Of a stretch of 64,000 bases of DNA, positions 55,187 through 64,000 are shown one piece after another (position 1 is the stretch's first letter; each line of letters begins with the position of its first letter). This stretch comes from an uncultured bacterium (GTDB lineage Bacteria > Krumholzibacteriota > Krumholzibacteriia > Krumholzibacteriales > Krumholzibacteriaceae), in assembly GCA_965371515.1 (NCBI GenBank), contig CBDUYR010000003.1:36338-100337 (forward strand). Direction: 5' to 3'. The position numbers and the translations under genes were made by a program. Under the pieces are notes generated by a model. It ran no database searches. It saw only the letters and a list, made by a program, of their open reading frames with translations, and had not been told where the DNA came from.

Positions 55187-57073
55187 CTAAATGTACGGTT
55201 CGAGGTCGAGGGTTGCACTCTTTTTCTTGCCCGCCCCTTCGTCGCTCTTATCATTTCCGCCTCTCCTGAACTCGATCTCGACCGTGTCCCCGCCTGCTCC
55301 CTTGAACAGAGAGAGGATGCGTTCGATATTATCGTCGGTGGCCGCAACGCCGCCGACTGTCTCGAGCGTGTCACCGGGACGAATGGCGATCCTGTCGGCC
55401 GGCGAGCCTGGTATCACGAGCCTTACGACGAGAGCGCCTTCATCGTCTGCGGTTATCTGCATTCCCGAGCGGTCCGGCCAGAAGGGATTGCCGGCCGAAC
55501 GATTCGGCCTGAGGACGGCGAGCTGATTTCCGTAGTCGAGCCAGACGGTGAACCGTTCGAGTATGTCGTTGCCTATCACGCCGGAGATTCCCTCGAAGGC
55601 GCCTATACCTTTTCCGCTGAGCGGGATCGTGAATACGGGACCGGCAAGTTCCGTCTTTCCGATACGTATCGAGTCGAACCGCGCGACGGCGGCACGGTCT
55701 TCGCCTCCTGTGCCGGCCACGATTATCTCGACCGTTTTTCTGTCTTCCAGAAGATCGTTCGCGTCGACGAACGGTTTCTGAAGGACCGAGGAATTCGCGC
55801 CGGTGTCTATGAGGAAGGTGCCCTCGTGCTTACCGTCCAGAACGGTTACGGTGGAGAATATCTTGTGAAAGAGAGGAGCCTGGACCGTATCCGCTCCCTC
55901 GATCGAAGGCTGTGAACCGGGCCTGAAGAATGTGACGGTCATTTTTTCGAAGTCGATCCTCGTGACGAACCTGCTGAGGAAATCGTATCCGAGCACGCCG
56001 CCCGTCTCGATGCCCGAGTAACGTTTCATCATGCCCGCTATCGGGTATATGATCACGGTCTGCTCCTCGAACTCGATGCCGCCGGTGCTGAATCGGGGGA
56101 TCCTGGTCATGCTGAAATCGGACATCCCGCCGGCGCCGGCGCCCGGGATCTTTCCCCCGACCTCGAGGCCCAGCGTTTCGGCCAGCCCCTCGTCGATCAT
56201 AGTCATTCCGGCGCCCGAGTCGAGCAGGAAGAGCCGCTCCGGGCCGCCCTTCTCTATCCTTACAGGCAGGTAGATGTGCCGGTTGACGTAAAAGAACTCG
56301 ATCGTCGCAGAGTCACCACCCGAAGTGAAGCTGAAGTCGTCCACCAGGTCGCCGGGAGGGAGGAAGATCGCTGGATCGATCTCGCCGTTTATCTCTACAG
56401 TGAGCGTCCTGATCTCGACCGACTGGCCTATTGTCTTCTGGCTGGTGACCGTCCTGAAAGGCATGAGGATGCCGCCTGTATCGCGGTAATCGTAGAATCT
56501 ATGCTCTACCATGCCCGTCATCGATTCGATCTCCAGCATCGTGATGAGGTACGAGGAGGAATCGATGAATATCCTGCAGGGGTAGCCCTCATCGGGGATG
56601 AGAGACAGTACGTGGTGTTCAGACGAATCGACGACGGCTGTCTCCAGGTATTCGAGAGTAAAATCCTCGATCTGCGAGATGTAGCCGAAGTTTTCCAGGA
56701 GGCAGGTCGTGATCTGGTTCTTCCGCGAGTCCTCGTCGCGATTTATCTGGAGCATGCCGTTGGGCCCGACCATCCAGATCCTTTCGCCGTCGAACCCCTG
56801 CGTGACGGCAAAGAGTCCGAGCCTTGCTTCCGTGTAGGTGAGGCACGGCATGAGTGTCACCGATCTTATCGTACCCTTCATACCCGTCGAGATCATCTCG
56901 ACCTCTCCGGTCGAGGCGATCGAGTGGATCGCCTCGATCGCCTGCCGTCCACCCAGCGCTTCGACATGTCTCTCCAGAAGGACATCCAGCTGGATTTCTT
57001 CCGCTCCGACAGGAGCCGATTGAATGGCGGCGAGCAGTATGAGTATCGCTGAAAGACGGGTAGTTCTACCCAT
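55187..57073 (-). CDS. Secreted tandem retropepsin-like aspartyl protease with PDZ domain and N-terminal LolA-like/sorting-protein-like domain
   Basis: Signal peptide; HVEALGG; LLDSGA and LIDTGA catalytic motifs; GVLGYDFL, GVIGNDIL; PDZ GSPADRIAIRPGD. Confidence 0.82.
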   Translation of the reverse strand: MGRTTRLSAILILLAAIQSAPVGAEEIQLDVLLERHVEALGGRQAIEAIHSIASTGEVEMISTGMKGTIRSVTLMPCLTYTEARLGLFAVTQGFDGERIWMVGPNGMLQINRDEDSRKNQITTCLLENFGYISQIEDFTLEYLETAVVDSSEHHVLSLIPDEGYPCRIFIDSSSYLITMLEIESMTGMVEHRFYDYRDTGGILMPFRTVTSQKTIGQSVEIRTLTVEINGEIDPAIFLPPGDLVDDFSFTSGGDSATIEFFYVNRHIYLPVRIEKGGPERLFLLDSGAGMTMIDEGLAETLGLEVGGKIPGAGAGGMSDFSMTRIPRFSTGGIEFEEQTVIIYPIAGMMKRYSGIETGGVLGYDFLSRFVTRIDFEKMTVTFFRPGSQPSIEGADTVQAPLFHKIFSTVTVLDGKHEGTFLIDTGANSSVLQKPFVDANDLLEDRKTVEIIVAGTGGEDRAAVARFDSIRIGKTELAGPVFTIPLSGKGIGAFEGISGVIGNDILERFTVWLDYGNQLAVLRPNRSAGNPFWPDRSGMQITADDEGALVVRLVIPGSPADRIAIRPGDTLETVGGVAATDDNIERILSLFKGAGGDTVEIEFRRGGNDKSDEGAGKKKSATLDLEPYI

Positions 57074-57370
57074 TTCTCCTCCCACTGATGTCTTCCCGAA
57101 TGCTTCTGGGACAATCTTTAAAGCGGCTTTATTCGCCTGTCAGGAGCGGACAGGCCGCTTCGGGACGATGTTATCACACCGCGGCCGGGCCGAAAACCGC
57201 TTTTAGAGGAATACCCCTATTTCGCTGGAACGGCACGCAAGAGGAATAACGATTGCATTCTATCGGGGCAACGGACCTTAAAAGACATCTTAGAGGAACA
57301 GCTCTGGACAAGGTTCTTCCTGATGCGCACGACGGTGAGGCCGGGAATGGGGCCCCGGTCCTCGCCGCGC

Positions 57371-58717
57371 TCAGGTTCCGCTGAGAGTCATCGAGTCGAT
57401 GCGCAGCGTGGGGCAGTTGATCGATCCCCGCCACTCCAGATCGCTTCCGACCATTACGATTCCCGAGAGCATCTGAGCGAAAGTGCCGGTGATGGTGAAC
57501 TCGCTGACAGGCTCGGCCAGCTTCCCGCCGCGGATCCAGATACCCTGCGCTCCCTGCGAGAAATCACCGGTGCTCCAGTTCGCGCCGGGGCCTGACATCG
57601 AGGTGAGATAGAGGCCGTTGTCTACGCCGGAGATAATTTCGTCGGGCGAGTGCTCTCCCGCTTCCATGTATAAATTGGACGGGCCGCCCGCGTTGCCTGT
57701 GGTCTTCAGCCCGAGCTTCCTCGCCTGATAGCTGCTGAGGAGATAATTTTCGAGTGTGCCGGCATTGATGACCGTCTTGGGACGGGATATGACGCCCTCG
57801 CCGTCGAACGGTCTGCTTCCCGGCCTTCCCTTCATCAGGGGGTCGTCGTTCACCGTGACCAGCGGCGAACCGATCTTCTCACCGAGCCTGTCGACGAGAA
57901 ACGACGATTTCCGGTAGATGCTCGATCCGCCGACCGCGCTCGCTACATATGATAGAAACTGTCTGGCCGTGACGTCGTCGAAGACGACCGGTACCTCGCA
58001 TGTCTTCGGTTTGATCGCGCCGAGTTTCCTCAGGGTGCGCTCGACGGCCGTGGCCGCCACCTTTTCGACCGGATCGAGGCCCGAGAACGAGATCGATGTA
58101 GAGTACCACCAGGAAGACTGTTTCTTGCCTTTGTTCTCACCGGAGGCTGGCCGGTCCTCGGCGGCGCACGAAACGCTTATCGAGCTGGAGGTTCTGTCGA
58201 ACGACTCGCAGAATCCGAGGGAGTTGGCGAGCACGCTGGTCAGCGTGACCGACGAGCAGGAGGCGCCGTCGCTTATGATCCTTGCATCCATGGCGATCGT
58301 GGCCTGTTCGAGCTTCATCGCCATGTCTATCTTGTCGGCGGCCGTGACCGAAGATAAGGAGTCGTCGAACATCTCGAGATCGCCGCCGCCGGCAGAACCG
58401 AGCTCATCCTTGTCGGGGAGCCTCGCATACTCGTCGCGGTCCATCACCCCGGCCAGTTCGACTCCCTCGGCGAGAAGCTGATCGATGCTCTCTTCGGAGA
58501 TATCGGTGGATGCGACGACCGCTTTCCGTCCGTCTACGAAGATATCGATACCGATCCTTCTCGAGCCTGACTCGATGAGGTTTTCGATCTTGCCGTTGCG
58601 GGCGGACACCGAGAACTCTGTGTCCCTGAGGATGGAGACTTCGGCCGAGTCGGCGCCCCGAGCGAGGGCTGTCTCGACCGTCTTTACCGCGAGATCCTTG
58701 AGTCGATCGTTTTCCAT
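57371..58717 (-). CDS. pmbA: PmbA/TldE protein
   Basis: SFLVDRLGEKIGS, PFDGEG, TGDFSQGAQG, PTLRID; adjacent to tldD. Confidence 0.92.
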   Translation of the reverse strand: MENDRLKDLAVKTVETALARGADSAEVSILRDTEFSVSARNGKIENLIESGSRRIGIDIFVDGRKAVVASTDISEESIDQLLAEGVELAGVMDRDEYARLPDKDELGSAGGGDLEMFDDSLSSVTAADKIDMAMKLEQATIAMDARIISDGASCSSVTLTSVLANSLGFCESFDRTSSSISVSCAAEDRPASGENKGKKQSSWWYSTSISFSGLDPVEKVAATAVERTLRKLGAIKPKTCEVPVVFDDVTARQFLSYVASAVGGSSIYRKSSFLVDRLGEKIGSPLVTVNDDPLMKGRPGSRPFDGEGVISRPKTVINAGTLENYLLSSYQARKLGLKTTGNAGGPSNLYMEAGEHSPDEIISGVDNGLYLTSMSGPGANWSTGDFSQGAQGIWIRGGKLAEPVSEFTITGTFAQMLSGIVMVGSDLEWRGSINCPTLRIDSMTLSGT

Positions 58718-58726
58718 ACCGTCTTT

Positions 58727-60169
58727 CTACGGGAGCTCGCTTCCTCCCACGGTGATCTCCGATATCTTGATAGTCGGCAGTCCCACGCCGACGGGCGCCT
58801 GCTGGCCCTTGCCGCAGGTCCACCTGCCGTCGCTGAACGCGAAATCGCTGCCCGTCATAGTGACACGCATCAAGACGTCGGGCCCGTTTCCTATGATCGT
58901 CAGGTTCTTGACGGGCGCCGTTACCTTGCCGTCCTCGACGAGATATGCCTCGATCGGTACGAACACGAAATCGCCGTTCGAGATGTCGACCTGTCCGCCC
59001 CTGAAAGACTTGCAGTAGATGCCTTTATTCGTCGAGCGGAATATATCCTCGGGGTCGGACTCTCCGGCGGCGAGGTAGGTCACAGTCATCCTCGGGAGAG
59101 GAGGGCTCTTGTACGATTCCCGCCTTCCGTTGCCCGTCGGTTCTACGCCGAAGTACGTTGCGCTGATCCGGTCGTGCATGAAGCCCTTGAGGATTCCTTT
59201 CTCTATCAGGACCGTCGGTGTGGGGATGGTCCCCTCGTCGTCGAAATTTATCGCCCCGCGGTTGTTCATGATCGTTCCGTCGTCTATCACGGTGACGAGC
59301 TCGCTGGCGACCCTGTCGCCGATCCGGTCGGTATATGTCGATGTCTTTTTCCTTATGAAATCAGCCTCGAGGGGGTGTCCGACAGATTCATGGAGAAGGA
59401 CGCCTGATTCGGCAGGCGCGAGAATGAGCTCCATCGGGCCCGCCGGCGCGTCGATGGCCTCGAGCAGGAGCACGGCCTGTCTCGCAGCTTCCCTGCCGTG
59501 CGAGGCGGGCGTTATCCCCTTTTCGAAATAAGCGCTTCCGAGCCGGCCGCCGCCGCTCGATACCCCTATCTGCCTGCTGCCGTTCGATTCTGCCACCACG
59601 GAGACCGATATTCTCATCATCGGCCTCGTGTCCCGCAGCAGCCTGCCCTCCGATGTGGCTATCTGAACCGTGCTGAGGCTGTCGGCCACAGACACGGTTG
59701 CCTTTATGATGCGCGGATCGTGATTTCTTGCCGCCTCTTCCGCCTCCTTTATCCAGGAGATCTTCCTCTCGAGAGGTGCGCCGGTAACCGGGTCGTCAAC
59801 GGGATACCTGTTCTCGAAGGGCACTTCGCTGACCGCGACCGGCGGGGGAGATGCTCCGGAGTCGGCGATCGCCGCCGCGGTGAGGGCCGCCTGTTTCATC
59901 TTCTCGAGAGAAAGGTCCTCGGTGTAGGCGTATCCCGTCCCTTCGCCCTTCACGGCCCGTATTCCGGCGCCGTGAGAGATCCACTTGATCCCTTCCCTGA
60001 CGATTCCTTCCTCCATCGTGAGCTGGTTCTCGACGGTATGCTCGAAGTAGATATCGCAGTACTCCGCTCCCCTGGACATGGCGGTCTCCATGACCCTTGT
60101 CATCTTCTCGTCGGAAATACCGAAATGGTCGGTGAAGGACAGCAACGCGAGCACCTCCGAATGCCGCAC
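58727..60169 (-). CDS. tldD: TldD metalloprotease
   Basis: GVLLHESVGHPLEAD, DDEG, TGNGRRESY, PRMT, TCGK.Q..PVGVG.PT. Confidence 0.94.
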   Translation of the reverse strand: MRHSEVLALLSFTDHFGISDEKMTRVMETAMSRGAEYCDIYFEHTVENQLTMEEGIVREGIKWISHGAGIRAVKGEGTGYAYTEDLSLEKMKQAALTAAAIADSGASPPPVAVSEVPFENRYPVDDPVTGAPLERKISWIKEAEEAARNHDPRIIKATVSVADSLSTVQIATSEGRLLRDTRPMMRISVSVVAESNGSRQIGVSSGGGRLGSAYFEKGITPASHGREAARQAVLLLEAIDAPAGPMELILAPAESGVLLHESVGHPLEADFIRKKTSTYTDRIGDRVASELVTVIDDGTIMNNRGAINFDDEGTIPTPTVLIEKGILKGFMHDRISATYFGVEPTGNGRRESYKSPPLPRMTVTYLAAGESDPEDIFRSTNKGIYCKSFRGGQVDISNGDFVFVPIEAYLVEDGKVTAPVKNLTIIGNGPDVLMRVTMTGSDFAFSDGRWTCGKGQQAPVGVGLPTIKISEITVGGSELP

Positions 60170-60316
60170 GACAGGTTTACAATGTCCTTAATGCCTCGAG
60201 AACGCCCGTCCGGCGGGATTACGGCGGAACGGGCGCTTGTTGCCCCTGGAAATAATAGATGGTATACTATACCGAAAGGCCCCCCTTTGGAAAGGAATTT
60301 CCGGTTGAAAGACTTC

Positions 60317-62509
60317 ATGCCGAGGCAGCTGCATTCCGGAATCCGCATCGATGCGGCGCCGGCGCCTTATCTCGTTCTGATCCTCCTTTTCACCCTTCAG
60401 ATCGTATTGCCGTCCAGCCGCGGAGCATCGGCGCAGGGATGCGGCCTGTGCGATCTGGCGGGAAGGATCGACCGCGAGGAGATGATAGCAACCGTACGGG
60501 AGCTGAGCGGAGCCGATCCCGTAACGGTTGGCGGCGTCATTCAGATCATATCGACGAGGTCGAGCCTGCTGCCGGAAAAACTCGTGGCGAGGGACTATCT
60601 TCTCGAGCGCGTGGCGGAGCTCGGTTATGACGCCGGGCGGCAGCCTCATCCTCTCAACGTCTACTATCCCGACCTGCTCGCCGCGGAGGTCTCCGTGACG
60701 GGTGAGAGCCTGTGGACCGGTTCGAACGAGGGCGAGGTCTTCCTGATGACCGCCGCGGGCGGCTGGGACGACACGCATGTCATATCGAGGATAGACGCGA
60801 GGATATATAACCTCGAGCTCGATCATTTCGGCACGCTATGGGCGGCATGCAAGACGAAGGGCACGGGGCACGGGGAGCTGCATTACTCAGTCGACGGGGG
60901 AGAGACCTGGCAGGCGAAGGTGATCGGTAACACGACGAACAACATCCTCGCGCTCAGCTCGATCGTTTTTTCATCGCCTGATGCCGCGATCGTATCCGGT
61001 TCGTACGGGACGGCATTCAGGATGCAGTATGCCTTGGGCGACTGGCACATCACCTATTATTTCGACGGAGCCGAATTCCGCTACAGCCAGCTCCACGGTT
61101 CGGCCTCTTCCGGGCCGATGCACGTCTGGATCGTGTCGAGCGGCGGGACGATCTTCGAGAGCGAGAATCTCGGTACGACGTGGACCGACACGACCCCGAA
61201 TCCGAACAACCTCTGGGACATCGATTTCTGCGGCCCCGACAGGGGGATCGCGGTGGGAGACGGCCTGACGTATTATACCAGCGATGGAGGCGATACGTGG
61301 AACATGGTCGCCGTTGATGCTTCTCTCTACACCGTGACGATGCTCGATACATTACGGGCCGTCGCGTCCGGCGTGTACGGGCATGTATGGACCACCGGCG
61401 ACGGGGGCGTCACATGGTCGGAGCTCGCGCACGACTGCACCCGCGACAAGGATATCAGGGAGACGGTCCTCTCTCCATCGGACACGATCTGGGCGGTCGG
61501 AAGGAACATGCCTCTGAGGCTGGAGTTCGGAGGGCCGGTGGCCGTCTGCCGGCAGTGGGAACTGGCCGACACGATCTGGGGCGAGAACATCATCTTCGGC
61601 AGCACAGGGCAGACCCTGCCCGACGAGAAGGTCGTCATATGCGCCCACTACGACTCGAGGAACTGGGAGGATCCATATTCCGCGCCCGGCGCCGACGATA
61701 ACGCCAGCGGATGCGCCGGTGTGCTCGAGATCGCGAGGGTATTCGCGGGCGCGACATTCGAGAGATCCGTCGAGTATATACTATTCGACGGTGAGGAGAT
61801 CGGACTGATCGGCAGCAGGTATTACGTCGCAGAGCGGGATACAGACCTTACCATAGACGCCGTGATCAATCTCGACATGATCGGCAGGGATTACGGGGGA
61901 GGGGTCACATTGCAGATCGCCGGCAGGGACGATCCCCTCGATTCTGCGCTGGCGGCGCTGATCATCGACATGGCCGGCTTTCTCCAACTCGATCTCGACT
62001 GCAACTACGTGTACGGCATATCGCCGACCAGCGACCACAAGGCGTTCTGGGAGATAGAGGGAGTCCCGGCGATACTGCTGATAGAGAACGAGTACCGCGA
62101 CAATCCGCACTATCACGACCACTCGGACATCGCCGACTATATCGATTTCGATTACATGACAGATGTAGTCAAGGCCGCCGCCGGGTCCGCCGCCGAGCGG
62201 GCAGGCCTGATCCGCACGGATCCGCTTCCCTCGACCGTAGTCCTCCACCAGAACTTTCCAAACCCTCTGTTCAACCACACGAGGATCCGGTTCGAGCTGC
62301 CGTCCCGCCTGCCTGTCGACCTCATCATGTTCGACGCGGCCGGCAGGAAGGTAGTGGTGATGATAAGGGATACCCTCGGCGAGGGACGGCATGAATACGC
62401 ATGGGACGGGAGGGACCACTCGGGCGAGCCCGTTGCCAGCGGTGTCTACTTCCTTCAGCTGCGGGCCGGAGGCGCCGAACGTATATGCAAGGTCGTGGTT
62501 ATCCGCTGA
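60317..62509 (+). CDS. M28 metallopeptidase with inserted BNR/YCF48-like beta-propeller and C-terminal FlgD-Ig/T9SS-type domain
   Basis: Signal peptide; SVDGGETW/TSDGGDTW/TGDGGVTW repeats; CAHYDS, PGADDNASG, GEEIGLIGS, NLDMIG, SDH, YH; QNFPNP..WDGRD..VASGVYF. Confidence 0.88.
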   Translation: MPRQLHSGIRIDAAPAPYLVLILLFTLQIVLPSSRGASAQGCGLCDLAGRIDREEMIATVRELSGADPVTVGGVIQIISTRSSLLPEKLVARDYLLERVAELGYDAGRQPHPLNVYYPDLLAAEVSVTGESLWTGSNEGEVFLMTAAGGWDDTHVISRIDARIYNLELDHFGTLWAACKTKGTGHGELHYSVDGGETWQAKVIGNTTNNILALSSIVFSSPDAAIVSGSYGTAFRMQYALGDWHITYYFDGAEFRYSQLHGSASSGPMHVWIVSSGGTIFESENLGTTWTDTTPNPNNLWDIDFCGPDRGIAVGDGLTYYTSDGGDTWNMVAVDASLYTVTMLDTLRAVASGVYGHVWTTGDGGVTWSELAHDCTRDKDIRETVLSPSDTIWAVGRNMPLRLEFGGPVAVCRQWELADTIWGENIIFGSTGQTLPDEKVVICAHYDSRNWEDPYSAPGADDNASGCAGVLEIARVFAGATFERSVEYILFDGEEIGLIGSRYYVAERDTDLTIDAVINLDMIGRDYGGGVTLQIAGRDDPLDSALAALIIDMAGFLQLDLDCNYVYGISPTSDHKAFWEIEGVPAILLIENEYRDNPHYHDHSDIADYIDFDYMTDVVKAAAGSAAERAGLIRTDPLPSTVVLHQNFPNPLFNHTRIRFELPSRLPVDLIMFDAAGRKVVVMIRDTLGEGRHEYAWDGRDHSGEPVASGVYFLQLRAGGAERICKVVVIR

Positions 62510-63789
62510 TAGAATCTCGAGGGGGAGATCCGCTGGAGAAGGACGATAAGCCCCAGGACAGAAACGACGATTGCAGGAAAATCGAACACCACCGTCTTGA
62601 ATCTCAATTCGCCCAGAAAGACGAATGCCTGGGCAGCCGTGATAAAAGCGATCGACCACAGCAACAGAGACCACTCCCTCCATCTTCCGTCTTTCCAGAG
62701 CAGGATCGAGAATGCCATGGAAACGAGGAAATGGAGCATCACGATAAAATCGCGCGGCCCTCGCAGTGAAAATCCGAATATGTGGAGCACCTTGCTTATT
62801 CCATACAGGGTCAGCGCCAGAGGCTGCCGCTTCCACCGTTTCAGCGCTTGACGCTGATAAATCCTGTCAGCCTGCGCCCGCATTCCGGACGGCACTGCCT
62901 CATAAGCGTCCGTTGAATCCTCGTCGTCACGGAGGTCGAGATATTGCCATGTCCGCGTAGGCAGACTTCCCTGATGTCTTGCATCGGAGTACTGGTGTCC
63001 ACCGCCGCTGCCGAGAAAAAGGTTCCATCCCCCGTGTGTTGAAAGCAGAACGGGAGATCTCTGGCATCTCGACATGAAGGCGGTCCATGGGGCCAGCAGC
63101 AGCACCACGATCAGGATCGGAGTGAGAAAAAGTCTCGCGCCTGGCCGAATGCCCTTTCCCGCTGATACTTTGGCGGGCAGTATCAGAAGAACGGGTAGAA
63201 GTAAGATGTTGTTCGGTTTCATGTAAATCAGAACCGCGGCAAGGACCGCGGGAAATATCAGGGACCGTGCCGGACGTCCGGGATCGAACCCGGCGAGGGC
63301 CAGCAGTAAAAGCCCGAAAAGGACTATACACACGCTCTCCGCGTAAAGAACGGGTGAGAAGTAATAGAAAGGGAGCCAGATTGCGCAGAGGGAAGCTCCC
63401 AGCAGGGCCGCCGCAGTGGACCGGGTCAGGGATGAGAGAAGAATCCAGCAGATGAGTACCAGCGACGAGGATATCAGTATCTGGGCTATCCTTACAGCGG
63501 GCGCGGGTCTCTCGAAGAGCCTGATAAATAACGACAGGAAGACGGGATATCCGGGCATCCTGCTCCCGTTGCAGAAGACCTCTCCGAATCCATCGCCTTC
63601 TACCAATCCTGCCGCGCGGCCCATATAGTCTTCGCTGTCTGTATAGGAGGGCAGGAAATCGGTGACTGTTCCTTCTTCGAATGTATGCCGGAAGACAAAA
63701 GCCTGAATAGCGACGTTCAGCGCTGTTAATGCGAGTACGACTGCCAGTATCCGAACTTTCCGGCGGCCCGGGTTTTCGAGGATCGTCAT
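62455..63789 (-). CDS. GT-C (ArnT/GT39-like) membrane glycosyltransferase
   Basis: DSEDY, RMPGYPVFL, YAES, KP, LAPWT..GGWNLF, LRFK; multi-TM. Confidence 0.75.
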   Translation of the reverse strand: MTILENPGRRKVRILAVVLALTALNVAIQAFVFRHTFEEGTVTDFLPSYTDSEDYMGRAAGLVEGDGFGEVFCNGSRMPGYPVFLSLFIRLFERPAPAVRIAQILISSSLVLICWILLSSLTRSTAAALLGASLCAIWLPFYYFSPVLYAESVCIVLFGLLLLALAGFDPGRPARSLIFPAVLAAVLIYMKPNNILLLPVLLILPAKVSAGKGIRPGARLFLTPILIVVLLLAPWTAFMSRCQRSPVLLSTHGGWNLFLGSGGGHQYSDARHQGSLPTRTWQYLDLRDDEDSTDAYEAVPSGMRAQADRIYQRQALKRWKRQPLALTLYGISKVLHIFGFSLRGPRDFIVMLHFLVSMAFSILLWKDGRWREWSLLLWSIAFITAAQAFVFLGELRFKTVVFDFPAIVVSVLGLIVLLQRISPSRFYQRITTTLHIRSAPPARS

Positions 63790-63817
63790 GTTATCGCTCT
63801 TCTATCTGCAAATCATT

Positions 63818-64000
63818 TCAGGTCGTCAGTACTTCGATATCGCCGAATACCTGTGAACAGTCGATGACGAGCCTGCCTTCGTCACCGCCCTCACCGGGCG
63901 AGCGGTAGCATTTGCCCTCGAAACTGCCGCCCTCGGGGGCCTTGAGCTCGCCGAAGACACCGCTGCTTTTCACCTCGACCGGCATACCGGCCGGGACCCT
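63818..64000 (-). CDS. C-terminus of LiaF/DUF2154-like (cell-wall-active antibiotic response) protein, 5' end outside window
   Basis: Manual translation RVPAGMPVEVKSSGVFGEL...LVIDCSQVFGDIEVLTT*. Confidence 0.6.
   Translation of the reverse strand, partial: RVPAGMPVEVKSSGVFGELKAPEGGSFEGKCYRSPGEGGDEGRLVIDCSQVFGDIEVLTT

Noticed and set aside
55147..55374. N-terminal extension of the beta-CASP ORF
   Set aside because: Overlaps the protease gene; the MBL fold starts at MGIKLKFLGA with an RBS.
59498..60316. N-terminal extension of the 1003-aa ORF
   Set aside because: Overlaps tldD on the opposite strand; the signal peptide begins after ATG 60317.
62455..62509. 55-bp convergent overlap of the M28 and GT-C genes
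   Set aside because: Short tail overlaps are common in GC-rich genomes; no added signal.
1..64000. CRISPR array, IS elements, prophage, rRNA
   Set aside because: No regularly spaced repeats or transposase, integrase, phage or rRNA signatures were recognised.

Overview
GC-rich bacterial chromosome segment with about 48 CDS and one tRNA-Asp(GTC). No integrase, transposase, prophage or CRISPR array was seen. The T9SS/FlgD-Ig C-terminal domains, a PorU-like C25 protease and many secreted proteins ending in a '(S/T)WGAIK' tail suggest an uncultured FCB-related lineage such as Krumholzibacteriota/Latescibacterota/Eisenbacteria (inference only). Ordinary content: P-type ATPase, anSME, PadR/HAAS, TetR-TolC-RND, glycosylation genes, peptidoglycan recycling, peptidases, PFK, RlmD-like methyltransferase, endonuclease V, beta-CASP nuclease and TldD/PmbA. 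The most interesting items are: (1) a cluster at 20.7-28.5 kb, behind a near-consensus sigma70 promoter, with a dockerin-like Cys-rich protein and four secreted proteins sharing a C-terminal TEExxWGAIK tail, directly upstream of a PorU/gingipain-like sortase, which is a candidate undescribed protein-sorting or surface-anchoring system; (2) a hidden lipoprotein selenoprotein (TPR-like plus TlpA-like, UPPC) that the ORF caller split at a UGA followed by a SECIS-like hairpin; (3) a candidate standalone structured ncRNA at about 51.1 kb; (4) tandem PilX-like pilins, each with a sigma54 promoter and a conserved upstream enhancer-like block; (5) several proteins with altered catalytic motifs (RND without TM4 Asp, P-ATPase with PQALP, internally deleted AnmK). 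All family calls come from motif recognition by eye; no searches were run.
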